NCBI GenBank assembly: GCA_017463125.1
Contig: JAFTPV010000015.1
Location: 20,113 to 84,112, forward strand
Length of the DNA: 64,000 nucleotides
Direction: 5' to 3'
Source: Clostridia bacterium
GTDB taxonomy: Bacteria > Bacillota > Clostridia > Oscillospirales > CAG-272
This document shows, in pieces, positions 45,865 to 56,367 of the stretch. The stretch's first letter is position 1. Each line of letters starts with the position of its first letter. The notes beneath the pieces were generated by a model. It searched no databases and was not told where the DNA came from. It saw only the letters and a list, made by a program, of their open reading frames with translations. Both the position numbers and the translations under genes were made by a program.

Positions 45865-47859
45865 GTGGCAACGAGGATAGCGAAAAAAGAGTATGATGAC
45901 CAGAGTATAAAGAGCCTGAAGGGTGCCGATAGAGTCAGGAAAAGACCTGCGGTTATATTTGGCTCGGACGACCTTATAGGCTGTCAGCATTCGTTTATAG
46001 AGATCCTGGCTAACTCCGTTGATGAGGCGAGGGAGGGCTACGGCGATAAGATCATCGTTAAAAAGTATAGCGATCTTTCTATCGAGGTTGAGGATTTCGG
46101 CCGAGGTGTGCCACTTGGATATAACGAGAAGGAAAAGCGCTTTAACTGGGAGCTCGTTTTCTGCGAGCTTTACGCGGGCGGTAAGTACGATAATAACGAT
46201 GGTGACTCCGCATACGAGTTTTCCTTAGGTCTTAACGGTCTTGGTGCAACGGCTACGCAGTATTCCTCGGAATATATGAGCGTGTCATCTTATAATGGAA
46301 AAACGCTCTCGTCTATGAATTTTAAGTCTGGAAACCCCGTCGGAGAGCTTTCGGTTGTAGATATATCACAAGGCATGAAGCGTCGCGGAACTATTATAAG
46401 ATGGCGCCCCGACCTTAAGGTGTTTAAGGAAATCGATATTCCTGTCGAGTTTCTCGCGGCAACTCTCAGACGTCAGGCCTTCGTAAACGCGGGTATCAAA
46501 TTTATTCTCGAGGTTGAAAACGAGAAAGGGAAGTTTGATAAATCCGAGTTTTATTACGAAAACGGTGTTGCAGACTATATAGCGGAGATAACGGAAGGAA
46601 TTTCTACGACCCAACCTGTTATCTGGCGACTCGAAACCAAGGGACGCGACAGAGAGGATATGCCCGACTATAAGCTTAAGGCGGAGGTTACCTTCTGCTT
46701 TGCTAAAACGGGTATGGCAGAGTACTATCACAACTCCTCCTTCCTTGAGTATGGCGGCGCTCCCGATAAGGCGGTGAAGAACGCTTTTACCTATGCGATA
46801 GATAAGTATATAAAGGCGCAAAACAAGTATACGAGAAATGAGTCTAAAATCTCCTTTAACGATATAGCTGACAACCTTGCGGTTATCGTAAACTCCGCAT
46901 CAACCCAAACCTCCTATGAGAACCAGACTAAAAAGGCGATAACTAATGCCTTTATTCAGAAGGCTCTTACCGAGTTTATAAAAACCAATCTCGAAATATA
47001 TCTGACGGAAAATCAGTCTTCTGCAACCGCTATTATAAATCAGGTGCTCGTAAACAAGAGAGCAAGGGAGTCAGCGGAGAAAACGAAGATTGATATAAAA
47101 AAGAAGCTGACCGGTAATATGGACGTTTCTAACAGGGTAGAAAAGTTTGTCCCCTGTCGTTCAAAGGACCCGGAGCTTCGTGAGGTTTACATAGTGGAGG
47201 GAGATTCGGCAATGTCCAGCTGTAAGCTCGGAAGAAACGCTGATTTTCAAGCTATAATACCCGTCAGAGGTAAGACTCTTAACTGTATGAAGAGCTCGTA
47301 TGAGAAGATTTTTGCCAGCGATATTATCGTTGATCTTCTTAAGGTTATCGGCTGCGGAGTTGAGGTAAAGACCTCAAAGAAGAGCGACCTTGCTACCTTT
47401 GATTATAATCTTCTCAAATGGAATAAAATTATAATATGCACAGATGCTGATGAGGACGGCTTCCAGATTAGAACCCTGCTTCTCACAATGTTTTATCGAC
47501 TTCTTCCTACTCTTATAGAGAAGGGGAAGATATACATCGCGGAATCTCCCCTCTTTGAGATAACGTCGGGAAATGAAACCTATTTTGCATACAACGAGCA
47601 GGAAAAGACGGAGATTCTTTCAAAACTTGGTACGAAGAAATATACTCTCCAGCGCTCCAAGGGACTTGGTGAAAACGAACCGGATATGATGTGGCGCACC
47701 ACGATGTGCCCGCAGACAAGAAGGCTTGTTGCAGTAACTCCCGCAGATGCCGAGGCAACGGCAAAAATGTTTGATGTGCTTCTCGGCGATGCGCTCCAGG
47801 AGAGAAAGAAATTTATAACCGATTACGGTCATTTATACATCAAAGATGCTGATATTTAA
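45865..47859 (+). CDS. type IIA DNA topoisomerase subunit B (divergent GyrB/ParE-like), no adjacent A subunit
   Basis: About 664 aa from GTG 45865 behind GGAGGG. GHKL ATPase motifs (EILANSVDE, DFGRGVP, LGLNGLGA), QTK loop, Toprim (IVEGDSA, DADEDGFQIRTLLLTMFYR), and a GLGENEPDMMWRTTM tail. Confidence 0.85.
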   Translation: MATRIAKKEYDDQSIKSLKGADRVRKRPAVIFGSDDLIGCQHSFIEILANSVDEAREGYGDKIIVKKYSDLSIEVEDFGRGVPLGYNEKEKRFNWELVFCELYAGGKYDNNDGDSAYEFSLGLNGLGATATQYSSEYMSVSSYNGKTLSSMNFKSGNPVGELSVVDISQGMKRRGTIIRWRPDLKVFKEIDIPVEFLAATLRRQAFVNAGIKFILEVENEKGKFDKSEFYYENGVADYIAEITEGISTTQPVIWRLETKGRDREDMPDYKLKAEVTFCFAKTGMAEYYHNSSFLEYGGAPDKAVKNAFTYAIDKYIKAQNKYTRNESKISFNDIADNLAVIVNSASTQTSYENQTKKAITNAFIQKALTEFIKTNLEIYLTENQSSATAIINQVLVNKRARESAEKTKIDIKKKLTGNMDVSNRVEKFVPCRSKDPELREVYIVEGDSAMSSCKLGRNADFQAIIPVRGKTLNCMKSSYEKIFASDIIVDLLKVIGCGVEVKTSKKSDLATFDYNLLKWNKIIICTDADEDGFQIRTLLLTMFYRLLPTLIEKGKIYIAESPLFEITSGNETYFAYNEQEKTEILSKLGTKKYTLQRSKGLGENEPDMMWRTTMCPQTRRLVAVTPADAEATAKMFDVLLGDALQERKKFITDYGHLYIKDADI

Positions 47860-47891
47860 TGATTATTTTTAGGCAGAAAGGCAAATAAAAA

Positions 47892-49547
47892 ATGGCAGAA
47901 CTTAAGAAATCAACTAAATTTGAGGGCGTTAAGGGGCCTCTTCTCACAATCGTTATGGACGGTGTCGGACTTGCAAAGGACAACGGTGCAAACGCCGTTG
48001 CGGCAGCACACACTCCGACGCTTGATATGCTTATGGCAAAGTATCCCACCCTTTCTATAAAGGCACACGGCACGGCGGTAGGTCTGCCGGGCGACGACGA
48101 TATGGGTAACTCCGAGGTTGGACACAACGCTCTTGGCTCGGGTCAGGTATTTGCACAGGGGGCAAAGCTTGTTTCACAGTCTATCGAAACCGGAAAAATC
48201 TTCGCTTCTGAAACCTGGCAGACGCTTGTTAGCGGTGTAAAGTCAAACAATTCCACTCTCCATTTCCTCGGTCTTTTCTCTGACGGAAACGTTCACTCAC
48301 ATATAGATCATCTCAAGGCTCTGATTATCAAGGCAAAGGACGAAGGTGTAAAGCGTGTGCGCGTTCACATTCTCCTTGACGGTCGTGACATGGGTGAAAC
48401 CAGCGCTCTTGACTATGTTTTGCCCTTTGAGGAGTTTATGGCAGAGCTTCGCTCACCCGAGTTTGATATTGCTATCGCATCGGGCGGCGGTCGTATGCAG
48501 GTAACAATGGATAGATATGAAGCAAACTGGGGGATGGTTGAGCTTGGTTGGAGGACTCACGTTCTCGGCGAGGGCAGATATTTCGCTTCTGCTGAGGACG
48601 CTATTACAACCTACAGAAATGAAACCAAGGTTATCGATCAGGATCTCCCCCCCTTCGTTATTGCCAAGGATGGTAAGCCCGTTGGTACCGTAGAGGACGG
48701 TGACAGTGTTATCTTCTTTAATTTCAGAGGTGACCGCTCCATAGAAATCTCAAAGGCGTTTGAGGCAGGGGAGGACTTTGATAAGTTTGACAGGAAGAGA
48801 GCTCCCGCAGTTCTTTATGCAGGTATGCTCGAGTATGACGGCGACCTCCATATTCCTTCTCGTTATCTCGTTTCTCCTCCCGAGATTACTAATACTATGA
48901 CGGAGTACCTTGTTAGTGCGGGTATCCCTGAGCTTGCTATTTCCGAAACACAGAAATACGGTCACGTTACTTATTTCTGGAACGGCAATAAGTCCGGCAA
49001 ATTTTCCGAGGAGCTTGAAACCTATATTGAGATTCCATCTGACGTAGTTCCCTTTGAACAGCGTCCCTGGATGAAATGCGCTGAGATAACCGATAAGCTT
49101 ATCGAGTGCTTGCAGAGCGGAAAATATAAGTATCTTCGTGTTAATTTCCCCAACGGTGATATGGTAGGCCACACTGGCTCCTTCCTTGCTACCGAATGCT
49201 CTATGGAAGCGCTTGACCTTCAGCTTGCAAGGCTTCTAAAGGTCGTTGACGAGCTTGAGGGCGCGGCTCTTATCACTGCCGATCACGGTAACGCCGACGA
49301 AATGTACGAGATTGATAAGAAAACCGGCGCTCCCAAGGCAAATAAGGACGGAACCTTCAAAGCAAAAACCTCACACACACTTAATCCCGTTCCCTTCATT
49401 ATATATGATAATTTCACCGCAGATAAATATACCGTAAAGTGCGGAAGAGATGACTTCGGTCTTTCAAACGTTGCCGCAACAACGGTAAATATGCTCGGAT
49501 ACGAGGCGCCTGAAATTTGGGACGAAACTATGATAACGATTAAGTAA
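47892..49547 (+). CDS. gpmI: 2,3-bisphosphoglycerate-independent phosphoglycerate mutase (long form)
   Basis: 551 aa. Catalytic-Ser motif DDMGNSEVGHNALGSG, plus FPNGDMVGHTG and TADHGNADEM metal-site motifs. Confidence 0.9.
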   Translation: MAELKKSTKFEGVKGPLLTIVMDGVGLAKDNGANAVAAAHTPTLDMLMAKYPTLSIKAHGTAVGLPGDDDMGNSEVGHNALGSGQVFAQGAKLVSQSIETGKIFASETWQTLVSGVKSNNSTLHFLGLFSDGNVHSHIDHLKALIIKAKDEGVKRVRVHILLDGRDMGETSALDYVLPFEEFMAELRSPEFDIAIASGGGRMQVTMDRYEANWGMVELGWRTHVLGEGRYFASAEDAITTYRNETKVIDQDLPPFVIAKDGKPVGTVEDGDSVIFFNFRGDRSIEISKAFEAGEDFDKFDRKRAPAVLYAGMLEYDGDLHIPSRYLVSPPEITNTMTEYLVSAGIPELAISETQKYGHVTYFWNGNKSGKFSEELETYIEIPSDVVPFEQRPWMKCAEITDKLIECLQSGKYKYLRVNFPNGDMVGHTGSFLATECSMEALDLQLARLLKVVDELEGAALITADHGNADEMYEIDKKTGAPKANKDGTFKAKTSHTLNPVPFIIYDNFTADKYTVKCGRDDFGLSNVAATTVNMLGYEAPEIWDETMITIK

Positions 49548-49583
49548 TCTTTAATGCTGGCAGCTATATAAATAAAACAATAC

Positions 49584-49630
49584 GAGCAAGAGTAGAGGAC
49601 ACATTTCTTCTATTCTTGCTCTTTGCTTTG
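49584..49630 (+). terminator. intrinsic terminator after gpmI
   Basis: GAGCAAGAGTAGAGG-(8 nt)-CTTCTATTCTTGCTC (15 bp with two G-U pairs) followed by TTTGCTTTG. Confidence 0.65.
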
Positions 49631-49714
49631 TAAAATTTCTTCCATATTTATTCTAAAACCCCACATTCATATCAAAATGAATGTAGGTATTAAAAAATGT
49701 CATATCCAAAACTA

Positions 49715-49743
49715 TTGACAAACGGTATGAAAAGTACTATAAT
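49715..49743 (+). promoter_or_regulatory. consensus sigma-A promoter for the liv-type ABC operon
   Basis: TTGACA (49715-49720), N17, TATAAT (49738-49743). Confidence 0.6.
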
Positions 49744-49807
49744 AGGAGCATATTTCTTTCTTGGCACTTGAATTTTAGCCAAAATAAATCAAAAGAGGTA
49801 AAGAAAA

Positions 49808-51016
49808 ATGAAAAATCTGTTTAAGAAAACAACGTCTGCGTTTTTGGTGCTTGCAATGCTTGCATCATGCGCGCTTCTTCTCGTTAGCTGTAGCGAGAAA
49901 AACTATGCAGAGGATAACACGGTAATCAAGATTGCCGCGTCCGGTCCTCTCACGGGTGACGCTGCCGTTTACGGTAAGGCAGTAGAGAATTCCGCAAGGC
50001 TTGCTGTTAAGGAGATTAATGCGGCAGGCGGTCTTGACGGTATTATGTTTGAGTTCGTCATGGCTGACGATAAGCACGATCCCACTCTTGTTGCAACCAA
50101 CTACGCATCTCTCTATGAAGGCGGAGCGCAGATCACACTCGGTACTGTAACCACAGGTCCCGCTCTTGAGTTCAAGGAGCTTTCAAAGGATGATAACGTG
50201 TTTGTTCTTACTCCTTCTGCCTCCGGTGATGCTGTTCCCGAGTATGACAATGCGTTCCAGATGTGCTTTGCTGACTCTAACCAAGGTACAGCTTCCGCAA
50301 ATTATTTCAATGAGTACTATCAGGGTAAGAAGGTTGGCGTATTCTACAAGTCTGACGATGAATACTCCAGCGGTATATACAATAAATTCAAGGATGCTCT
50401 TGATGATAGCTTCGGTACTGTTGTAGAGGCATCATTTAAGGAAAAAGAGAACCAGTTCGCAACTCAGGTAAATCTTCTTAAGGAATGTGACATTATCTTC
50501 ATGCCTATATACTACACGCCTGCATCTCAGTTTATGGAAGCAGGTAAGGACATAATCAAGGCTGACGCTATCTATTTCGGCTGTGACGGTCTTGACGGTA
50601 TCGATACGGTAAAGAACTTTGATATTACCACAGTTCCCCAAGAGGTTTCTTATCTTTCTCACTTTAATTCGGGTGCAACCGAGGGCGCTGCTGCAGCTTA
50701 TATCGCAAGCTACCGCGCAGAGTACGGTGAGGACGCTCCCATGAACCAGTTCGGTGCAGCAGCTTATGACTGCGTATACGCTATCTTTGAGGCTCTTAAG
50801 GCTGCAAAGGCAGACGGCAAGGAGTTTAAGGTAAATACCTCCGCGTCCGACTTCTGTGATATACTTAAGGAAGTATTCACCGATGACGATTTCGTATTTC
50901 ACGGTGTAACGGGTGCCCCCGAAGAAAACGGCAAGTCTAACATTTCATGGTTTGATGACGGAACGGTTAATAAGGAAGCCGTTAAGTACATCGTTAAAGA
51001 GGCAAATGCCAACTAA
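49808..51016 (+). CDS. branched-chain amino acid ABC transporter substrate-binding lipoprotein (LivJ/K-like)
   Basis: 402 aa. Lipobox LLVSC|SEK. Type I periplasmic-binding fold pattern (IKIAASGPLTGDAAVYG..., GTVTTGP). Confidence 0.85.
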   Translation: MKNLFKKTTSAFLVLAMLASCALLLVSCSEKNYAEDNTVIKIAASGPLTGDAAVYGKAVENSARLAVKEINAAGGLDGIMFEFVMADDKHDPTLVATNYASLYEGGAQITLGTVTTGPALEFKELSKDDNVFVLTPSASGDAVPEYDNAFQMCFADSNQGTASANYFNEYYQGKKVGVFYKSDDEYSSGIYNKFKDALDDSFGTVVEASFKEKENQFATQVNLLKECDIIFMPIYYTPASQFMEAGKDIIKADAIYFGCDGLDGIDTVKNFDITTVPQEVSYLSHFNSGATEGAAAAYIASYRAEYGEDAPMNQFGAAAYDCVYAIFEALKAAKADGKEFKVNTSASDFCDILKEVFTDDDFVFHGVTGAPEENGKSNISWFDDGTVNKEAVKYIVKEANAN

Positions 51017-51103
51017 AAAAATTTAATAACTCATTTACAACGATTTGCTGACTCAGAATTTTCTGCGCCGGCAAATTGTTGCGAAATGGGAAAAGGTGTT
51101 TTT

Positions 51104-51979
51104 ATGGATTTTATTATAACTTTAGTTAACGGACTAAGCATGGGCGGTACATACGCTATGATAGCTTTGGGTTATACTATGGTTTACGGTATTGCGAAGA
51201 TGCTTAATTTCGCTCACGGTGATATAATTATGATAGGTGGATATGCAATACTCGTAGGACTCAGTGTAAATCCCTTGCTTGCCGTTTTGTTCTCTATGCT
51301 GTTTTGTATGCTGCTCGGCGTGCTTATCGAGAGAGTTGCGTATAGACCCTTAAGAGGCTCCTCGCCCCTCGCCGTTCTGATTACGGCAATCGGTGTCAGC
51401 TATCTTTTACAGAGTATAATTTTAGCTATTCCTCAGTTTGGCGCCGACACTCATTACGTCGTTATAATCAAGGATCTTGGCAGCTTGCAGATTGGTGAGG
51501 TACTTATTGGATACGATACAATCATAACTCTTGCTATCACTATCGTCGTTATGGTATCCCTTACTCTGTTTATTAAGTTTACAAAAACGGGCAGGGCGAT
51601 GATCGCCGTATCAGAGGACAGAGATGCGGCAAGGCTTATGGGCATTAACGTTAATTTTATAATAACGCTGACCTTTGCCATAGGCTCGGTTCTTGCAGCC
51701 GTAGCGGGCTTCTGCTCACTGCTCGATACTCCTTGGCTAGAACCATACTACGGTTCTCTCCCCGGAATAAAGGCGTTTGCCGCTGCGGTAATTGGCGGTA
51801 TCGGCTCTATCCCCGGAGCAATGCTAGGCGGTATTTTGCTTGGTATAGTTGAGTGTCTATGCAATTCCGTTCAGGAAATCGCTCCCTACACGATAGCTAT
51901 CGAATTTATAATTCTTATTTTGATACTTCTTGTTAAGCCAACCGGTATTCTTGGCAAGAAGAGAAGGGAGAAGGTATAA
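51104..51979 (+). CDS. livH: branched-chain amino acid ABC transporter permease LivH
   Basis: About 291 aa from ATG 51104. Contains the typical FAHGDIIMIGGY motif. Confidence 0.85.
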   Translation: MDFIITLVNGLSMGGTYAMIALGYTMVYGIAKMLNFAHGDIIMIGGYAILVGLSVNPLLAVLFSMLFCMLLGVLIERVAYRPLRGSSPLAVLITAIGVSYLLQSIILAIPQFGADTHYVVIIKDLGSLQIGEVLIGYDTIITLAITIVVMVSLTLFIKFTKTGRAMIAVSEDRDAARLMGINVNFIITLTFAIGSVLAAVAGFCSLLDTPWLEPYYGSLPGIKAFAAAVIGGIGSIPGAMLGGILLGIVECLCNSVQEIAPYTIAIEFIILILILLVKPTGILGKKRREKV

Positions 51980-53130
51980 TGAATAAAATACTTGAGCCCT
52001 TTAAGAGAATAAGCTGGAAATATCTTATAAACTATATCGCGGTTGCGGTAGTCGGTCTTTTGTTTACTGTGCTTACCTTCTCGTCCGGGCTTCCTCAATC
52101 AACTCTTTTCTTGCTTGAGAAGATAACGATGAATATTATTCTCGTCGTATCTCTTTCGCTTGTAGTAGGCTTCCTCGGTGAGCTTTCACTCGGTCACGCC
52201 GGATTTATGTGTGTTGGCGCATACATCGGCGGAAAGGTTGCTTGCATATTAAGCGAGTCGATTGACGGTGACGGAATCGTGTCCTTCCTTATCGCGCTTT
52301 TAGTTGGTGCGGCGGTTGCAGGAGCTTTCGGCTTCATTATAGGACTTCCTGCATTAAGACTTAAGGGCGACTATCTTGCAATAGTAACGCTTGCATTCGG
52401 CGAAATTGTGAAAACTGTGTTTGCAAACTCTAGCGAGGATACCTTCGGAGGCTCGATGGGCCTGCGTACTCCTAGATTTGATAAGCAGTATCTCTTTATT
52501 ATCGGCTTTGTCCTCGTGCTTATAACCCTTGCGGTAATTCAAAACCTTATACGCTCAAAGCACGGAAGAGCAATAACTGCCATCCGTGACAACGAGATTG
52601 CGGCGCGTGCAACGGGTATCAACGTAACGAAGTATAAGCTTATAGCATTCGTAATTTCTGCTATATTTGCGGGAGTTGCGGGAGTATTTTACAGCTTTGC
52701 GAACTCCACCGTAAAGGCCTCTGTTTTTGACTACAATTACTCGATAGACATACTTATCATGGTGGTTATAGGCGGAATGGGTAATATCAGCGGTGCTATA
52801 ATTTCGGCAACCGCTATAACCTATATCAACACCGAGCTTCAAACACTCCTTACAGGCGGAGCCGCAGTATATAAGGATATAATATATGCGCTTATCCTTA
52901 TCGTTATAATTATTTATAATAACGCTTCCGCTCTTAAATCCTTCAGAGAAAGATTTAACCTTAAAGCGCTTTTGAAAAAGACAAAGCTCTTTAACAAGAC
53001 GCGCCAGGGCTATGCTGACGACGAGGGTAAGTGGGACAGAGTACCTACGAAGATAGATATGGACGAGCTGCTCTCGGTTGACGTAAACGTGGTTGAGAGT
53101 ATTAAAAATCCGGATAAGGAGGAGATGTGA
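51979..53130 (+). CDS. livM: branched-chain amino acid ABC transporter permease LivM
   Basis: 383 aa. GELSLGHAGFMCVGAY and LRLKGDYLAIVTLAFGE motifs. Confidence 0.85.
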   Translation: MNKILEPFKRISWKYLINYIAVAVVGLLFTVLTFSSGLPQSTLFLLEKITMNIILVVSLSLVVGFLGELSLGHAGFMCVGAYIGGKVACILSESIDGDGIVSFLIALLVGAAVAGAFGFIIGLPALRLKGDYLAIVTLAFGEIVKTVFANSSEDTFGGSMGLRTPRFDKQYLFIIGFVLVLITLAVIQNLIRSKHGRAITAIRDNEIAARATGINVTKYKLIAFVISAIFAGVAGVFYSFANSTVKASVFDYNYSIDILIMVVIGGMGNISGAIISATAITYINTELQTLLTGGAAVYKDIIYALILIVIIIYNNASALKSFRERFNLKALLKKTKLFNKTRQGYADDEGKWDRVPTKIDMDELLSVDVNVVESIKNPDKEEM

Positions 53131-53131
53131 G

Positions 53132-53908
53132 ATGGCAGAATACGTGCTTGAAACTAAAAATCTCGGTATTTCCTTCGGTGGTCTAAAGGCGGTTCAGGAC
53201 GTAAACCTGAAAATTGCAAAAAACGAAATCTACGGTCTAATAGGTCCTAATGGTGCGGGCAAGACAACGGTATTTAATATGCTTACCGGCGTTTATCAGC
53301 CCACGACGGGTACGTTTTACCTTGACGGAGAAAATCTTACGGGACTATCCCAAGAGAAGATAAACCACAAGGGAATTGCCAGAACCTTCCAGAATATTCG
53401 CCTTTTCAATAACATGACGGTTATTAGAAACGTAATGGTAGGACTTCATAATTTACCCGAATTTAAGTGTGGAGTAATTCCGACAATTCTTCGTCTGCCA
53501 AAGCAGTACCGTACCGAGCGAGCTATGGTTGCAAGGGCAGAGGAGATACTTGATATCTTCGGTCTTAAGGAACTGAAGAACACTCTAGCCTGCAACCTGC
53601 CTTATGGTAAGCAGCGAAAGCTCGAGATAGCCAGAGCCCTTTCCACCAGCCCGAAGCTTTTACTCCTCGACGAGCCTGCCGCAGGTATGAACCCGCAGGA
53701 AACCGCCGAGCTTATGGACACGATAAGATTTGTTCGTGATAACTTTGATATGACTATTCTCTTAATAGAGCACGATATGAGCCTCGTTCAGGGAATTTGT
53801 GATAACGTCACGGTGTTAAACTTTGGTACGACTCTGGCGCAGGGTAAGACTGACGAGGCTCTTGCCGATCCCGAGGTTGTAAAGGCTTACCTCGGCGACG
53901 ATGATTGA
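53132..53908 (+). CDS. livG: branched-chain amino acid ABC transporter ATPase LivG
   Basis: Start at ATG 53132 behind AAGGAGGAG. Walker A GPNGAGKTT, LPYGKQRKLEIARAL, LLLLDEPAAGMN. Confidence 0.85.
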   Translation: MAEYVLETKNLGISFGGLKAVQDVNLKIAKNEIYGLIGPNGAGKTTVFNMLTGVYQPTTGTFYLDGENLTGLSQEKINHKGIARTFQNIRLFNNMTVIRNVMVGLHNLPEFKCGVIPTILRLPKQYRTERAMVARAEEILDIFGLKELKNTLACNLPYGKQRKLEIARALSTSPKLLLLDEPAAGMNPQETAELMDTIRFVRDNFDMTILLIEHDMSLVQGICDNVTVLNFGTTLAQGKTDEALADPEVVKAYLGDDD

Positions 53909-53924
53909 TAAGGGGGACGAAAGA

Positions 53925-54635
53925 ATGGCATTACTTGAAGTAAAAGACCTTGAGGTAAATTACGGACTTATCAAGGCTATAAAAGGCGTCTCCTTTGATG
54001 TAAATGAGGGCGAGATAGTTGCTCTCATAGGCGCAAACGGCGCGGGAAAAACGACTATCATGCATGCGATAAACGGCATTATTCCGAAATTCGCAGGCAG
54101 CGTTACTCTTGCGGATAAGGATATAACCGCTATTCACGCGCACAAGCTTCTGCCTCTGGGTATGGCACAGGTTCCCGAAGGACGCCGTATCTTCCAAGAA
54201 CTTACGGTTTATGAAAATTTGCAGATGGGATACTATATCGGACGTGACAAGGCGCAGTTTAAGGCTCGCCTTGAAGAGATGTATTCACGCTTCCCAATCC
54301 TGAAGGAACGTTCCTCGCAGATTGCCGGTACTCTCTCCGGCGGTGAGCAACAGATGCTTGCTATGAGCCGCGCTCTGATGTCAGGTCCGAAGTTGTTGCT
54401 TCTCGACGAGCCCAGTATGGGTCTTTCTCCTCTTTACGTTAATACAATTTTTGATATGATAAAAGAGGTAAACAAGATGGGCACGACAGTCCTTCTCGTT
54501 GAGCAGAATGCAAAAAAAGCACTCTCAATAGCAAACAGAGCCTACGTTCTTGAAATCGGTAAGATTGTGAAAACCGGAACAGGAACAGAGCTTCTTGCAG
54601 ATGAGGACATTCGCCGCGCCTACCTCGGCGGCTGA
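53925..54635 (+). CDS. livF: branched-chain amino acid ABC transporter ATPase LivF
   Basis: Start at ATG 53925. Walker A GANGAGKTT, LSGGEQQMLAMSRAL, LLLLDEPSMGLSP. Confidence 0.85.
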   Translation: MALLEVKDLEVNYGLIKAIKGVSFDVNEGEIVALIGANGAGKTTIMHAINGIIPKFAGSVTLADKDITAIHAHKLLPLGMAQVPEGRRIFQELTVYENLQMGYYIGRDKAQFKARLEEMYSRFPILKERSSQIAGTLSGGEQQMLAMSRALMSGPKLLLLDEPSMGLSPLYVNTIFDMIKEVNKMGTTVLLVEQNAKKALSIANRAYVLEIGKIVKTGTGTELLADEDIRRAYLGG

Positions 54636-54666
54636 TTTCTTAACCCGTTATCTTATTAAGAATCAT

Positions 54667-54705
54667 AAAAAGAGAAGGCTCGACAAAATTGAGTCTTCTC
54701 TTTTT
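54667..54705. terminator. bidirectional terminator between livF and the hydrolase gene
   Basis: AAAA-AGAGAAGGCTC-gacaaaatt-GAGTCTTCTCT-TTTT (11-bp stem with one G-U). Confidence 0.7.
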
Positions 54706-54723
54706 GTATATCAAGGCGATTTA

Positions 54724-55677
54724 TCACAGTGAATCGATATGCTTTACAAAAAATTCTTCTGCTTCTTTTATGTATAACTCTTGGTTTACAGGATAAGCAA
54801 TGCCGTGTCCGGCATCTTCGATAAGCACCAGCCTTTTCGGAGCCGCACAGGCAGCAAAGTTTTCTTCACTCATCGTATAGGGAACAAAGGCGTCTGTCGT
54901 GCCGTGAAAGAATATCGTTGGAATTTTCGACTTCTTAACAGCCTCAATTGGCGAGGCTTCGTCAAGGTCGAAGCCGCCGAAAAATCTTGCGCCAAGCTTT
55001 GCAAACGGGTAGAGAATATCTGCCGGCAGCTTCATTTCTCTTATAACCTTTTTAATAATATCTTTTGCGGAGGTGTAGCCGCAATCTGCAAGAATTCCGA
55101 CTATATTTTTGGGCAGAGCCTTTCCCGAGGTGATAAGAACGGTTGACGCACCCATAGATATTCCGGTGAGGATGATTTTTGCATCCTTGCATATATTTTC
55201 AATAACGAAGTTAATCCAGCGCTCAGCGTCCTTGCTTTCGTTGATGCCAAAGGTGATAACGTGGCCGCCGCTTGTGCCGCTTGCTCTATGATCAACTATT
55301 AAGGCGCTGTGTCCGAGAGCAAATGCTCTTGCAAGTCCGCCGCTCATATCTCGCTCTGCGCTGCCCTTGTAACCGTGAAGCATAATTTCTATCGGAGCGC
55401 TTTTTGAATACTCGTAGAATTTACCCCGCAGAGTAAGTCCGTCGTGGGACAATATTTCCACATCCTTGTGCGGTGTCGCTCTGTAAAGTTTTACCCATTC
55501 CTCGATTTGCGCGCGATGTACCTCGTAAATTTCTCCCTCGGGAATTTCGATGTAGTCGTCGCTGTGCGCCTTTCTCTTCGGAGAATAAAATATTCTGAAA
55601 AAGCAGATAGCGGAGGTAATCAGCGTAACAAGAAATGCGATACCGACGCACATTAAAAAAATCCATAAAATATCCAT
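54724..55677 (-). CDS. membrane-anchored alpha/beta hydrolase (serine hydrolase)
   Basis: N-terminal TM helix, nucleophile elbow GISMGAS (GxSxG), and distal D/H candidates (TDAFV, DAGHG). The ORF-track GTG at 55716 overlaps a TGaTAAAAT box, so ATG comp(55675-55677) (MDILWIF) is preferred. Confidence 0.7.
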   Translation of the reverse strand: MDILWIFLMCVGIAFLVTLITSAICFFRIFYSPKRKAHSDDYIEIPEGEIYEVHRAQIEEWVKLYRATPHKDVEILSHDGLTLRGKFYEYSKSAPIEIMLHGYKGSAERDMSGGLARAFALGHSALIVDHRASGTSGGHVITFGINESKDAERWINFVIENICKDAKIILTGISMGASTVLITSGKALPKNIVGILADCGYTSAKDIIKKVIREMKLPADILYPFAKLGARFFGGFDLDEASPIEAVKKSKIPTIFFHGTTDAFVPYTMSEENFAACAAPKRLVLIEDAGHGIAYPVNQELYIKEAEEFFVKHIDSL

Positions 55678-56003
55678 AAATTTCTCACTCAATTTTTTAT
55701 AGATATATTTTATCACTTTGATACTGAATTTTCAACGGTAAAAAGCAAAAAATGAAGAAATATTTTGTTATTTCGGCATAATGTCGCTTTGCCCTGTGGA
55801 TTTTTAGTATATTTTCTAACTTTTTTGAAATTACATTAAAAAACTGTTATTTGTTCATACTTTAGAAATAATTATCTGCTATAATAAACGCCGTTTTGTA
55901 TAGTATTAACCATTTTTGTTTTATTTTAATAAGATAGCATTAAATATATTTATTAGGAATAAAAGTATATGGTTATGGAACAATAAAAAATCGGAGGGAC
56001 GCT

Positions 56004-56351
56004 ATGGTTTTAGAAAATCTTGATGTACATCACAGAGCCTTCGGTCAAGGCAGAGTGATGGCAAAAAACGGACAGTACATTACTGTAAAGTTTGAGGCTG
56101 TTGAGAAAGTTTTTGTATATCCCGACATTTTTGAGAAATTTCTCACGCTTGCAGACGGAACGGTGTCTGACGAGATAAAGTCCGACATTGCTCTTGCAAA
56201 GGCCAAAAAGCAGAGAATCATTGATACGAAGAATGAGGAGAACGAGAGAGCAAGAACTCGCGGCATCGTCATTCCCGGCAAGGAGTTTAATCCTAATGAA
56301 AATGAGGAAGAGGACGGCGCAAGCAAGGCTTCCACGCAGGAAGAAATCTGA
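56004..56351 (+). CDS. hypothetical small protein with an N-terminal HxxFGxGxV (DUF3553-like) motif and an acidic/basic tail
   Basis: 115 aa with a GGAGGG RBS. VHHRAFGQGRVMAKNGQYITVKFE resembles the small beta-domain found at helicase C-termini. Its own terminator follows. Confidence 0.4.
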   Translation: MVLENLDVHHRAFGQGRVMAKNGQYITVKFEAVEKVFVYPDIFEKFLTLADGTVSDEIKSDIALAKAKKQRIIDTKNEENERARTRGIVIPGKEFNPNENEEEDGASKASTQEEI

Positions 56352-56367
56352 TCTTTAATAAAAAAAC

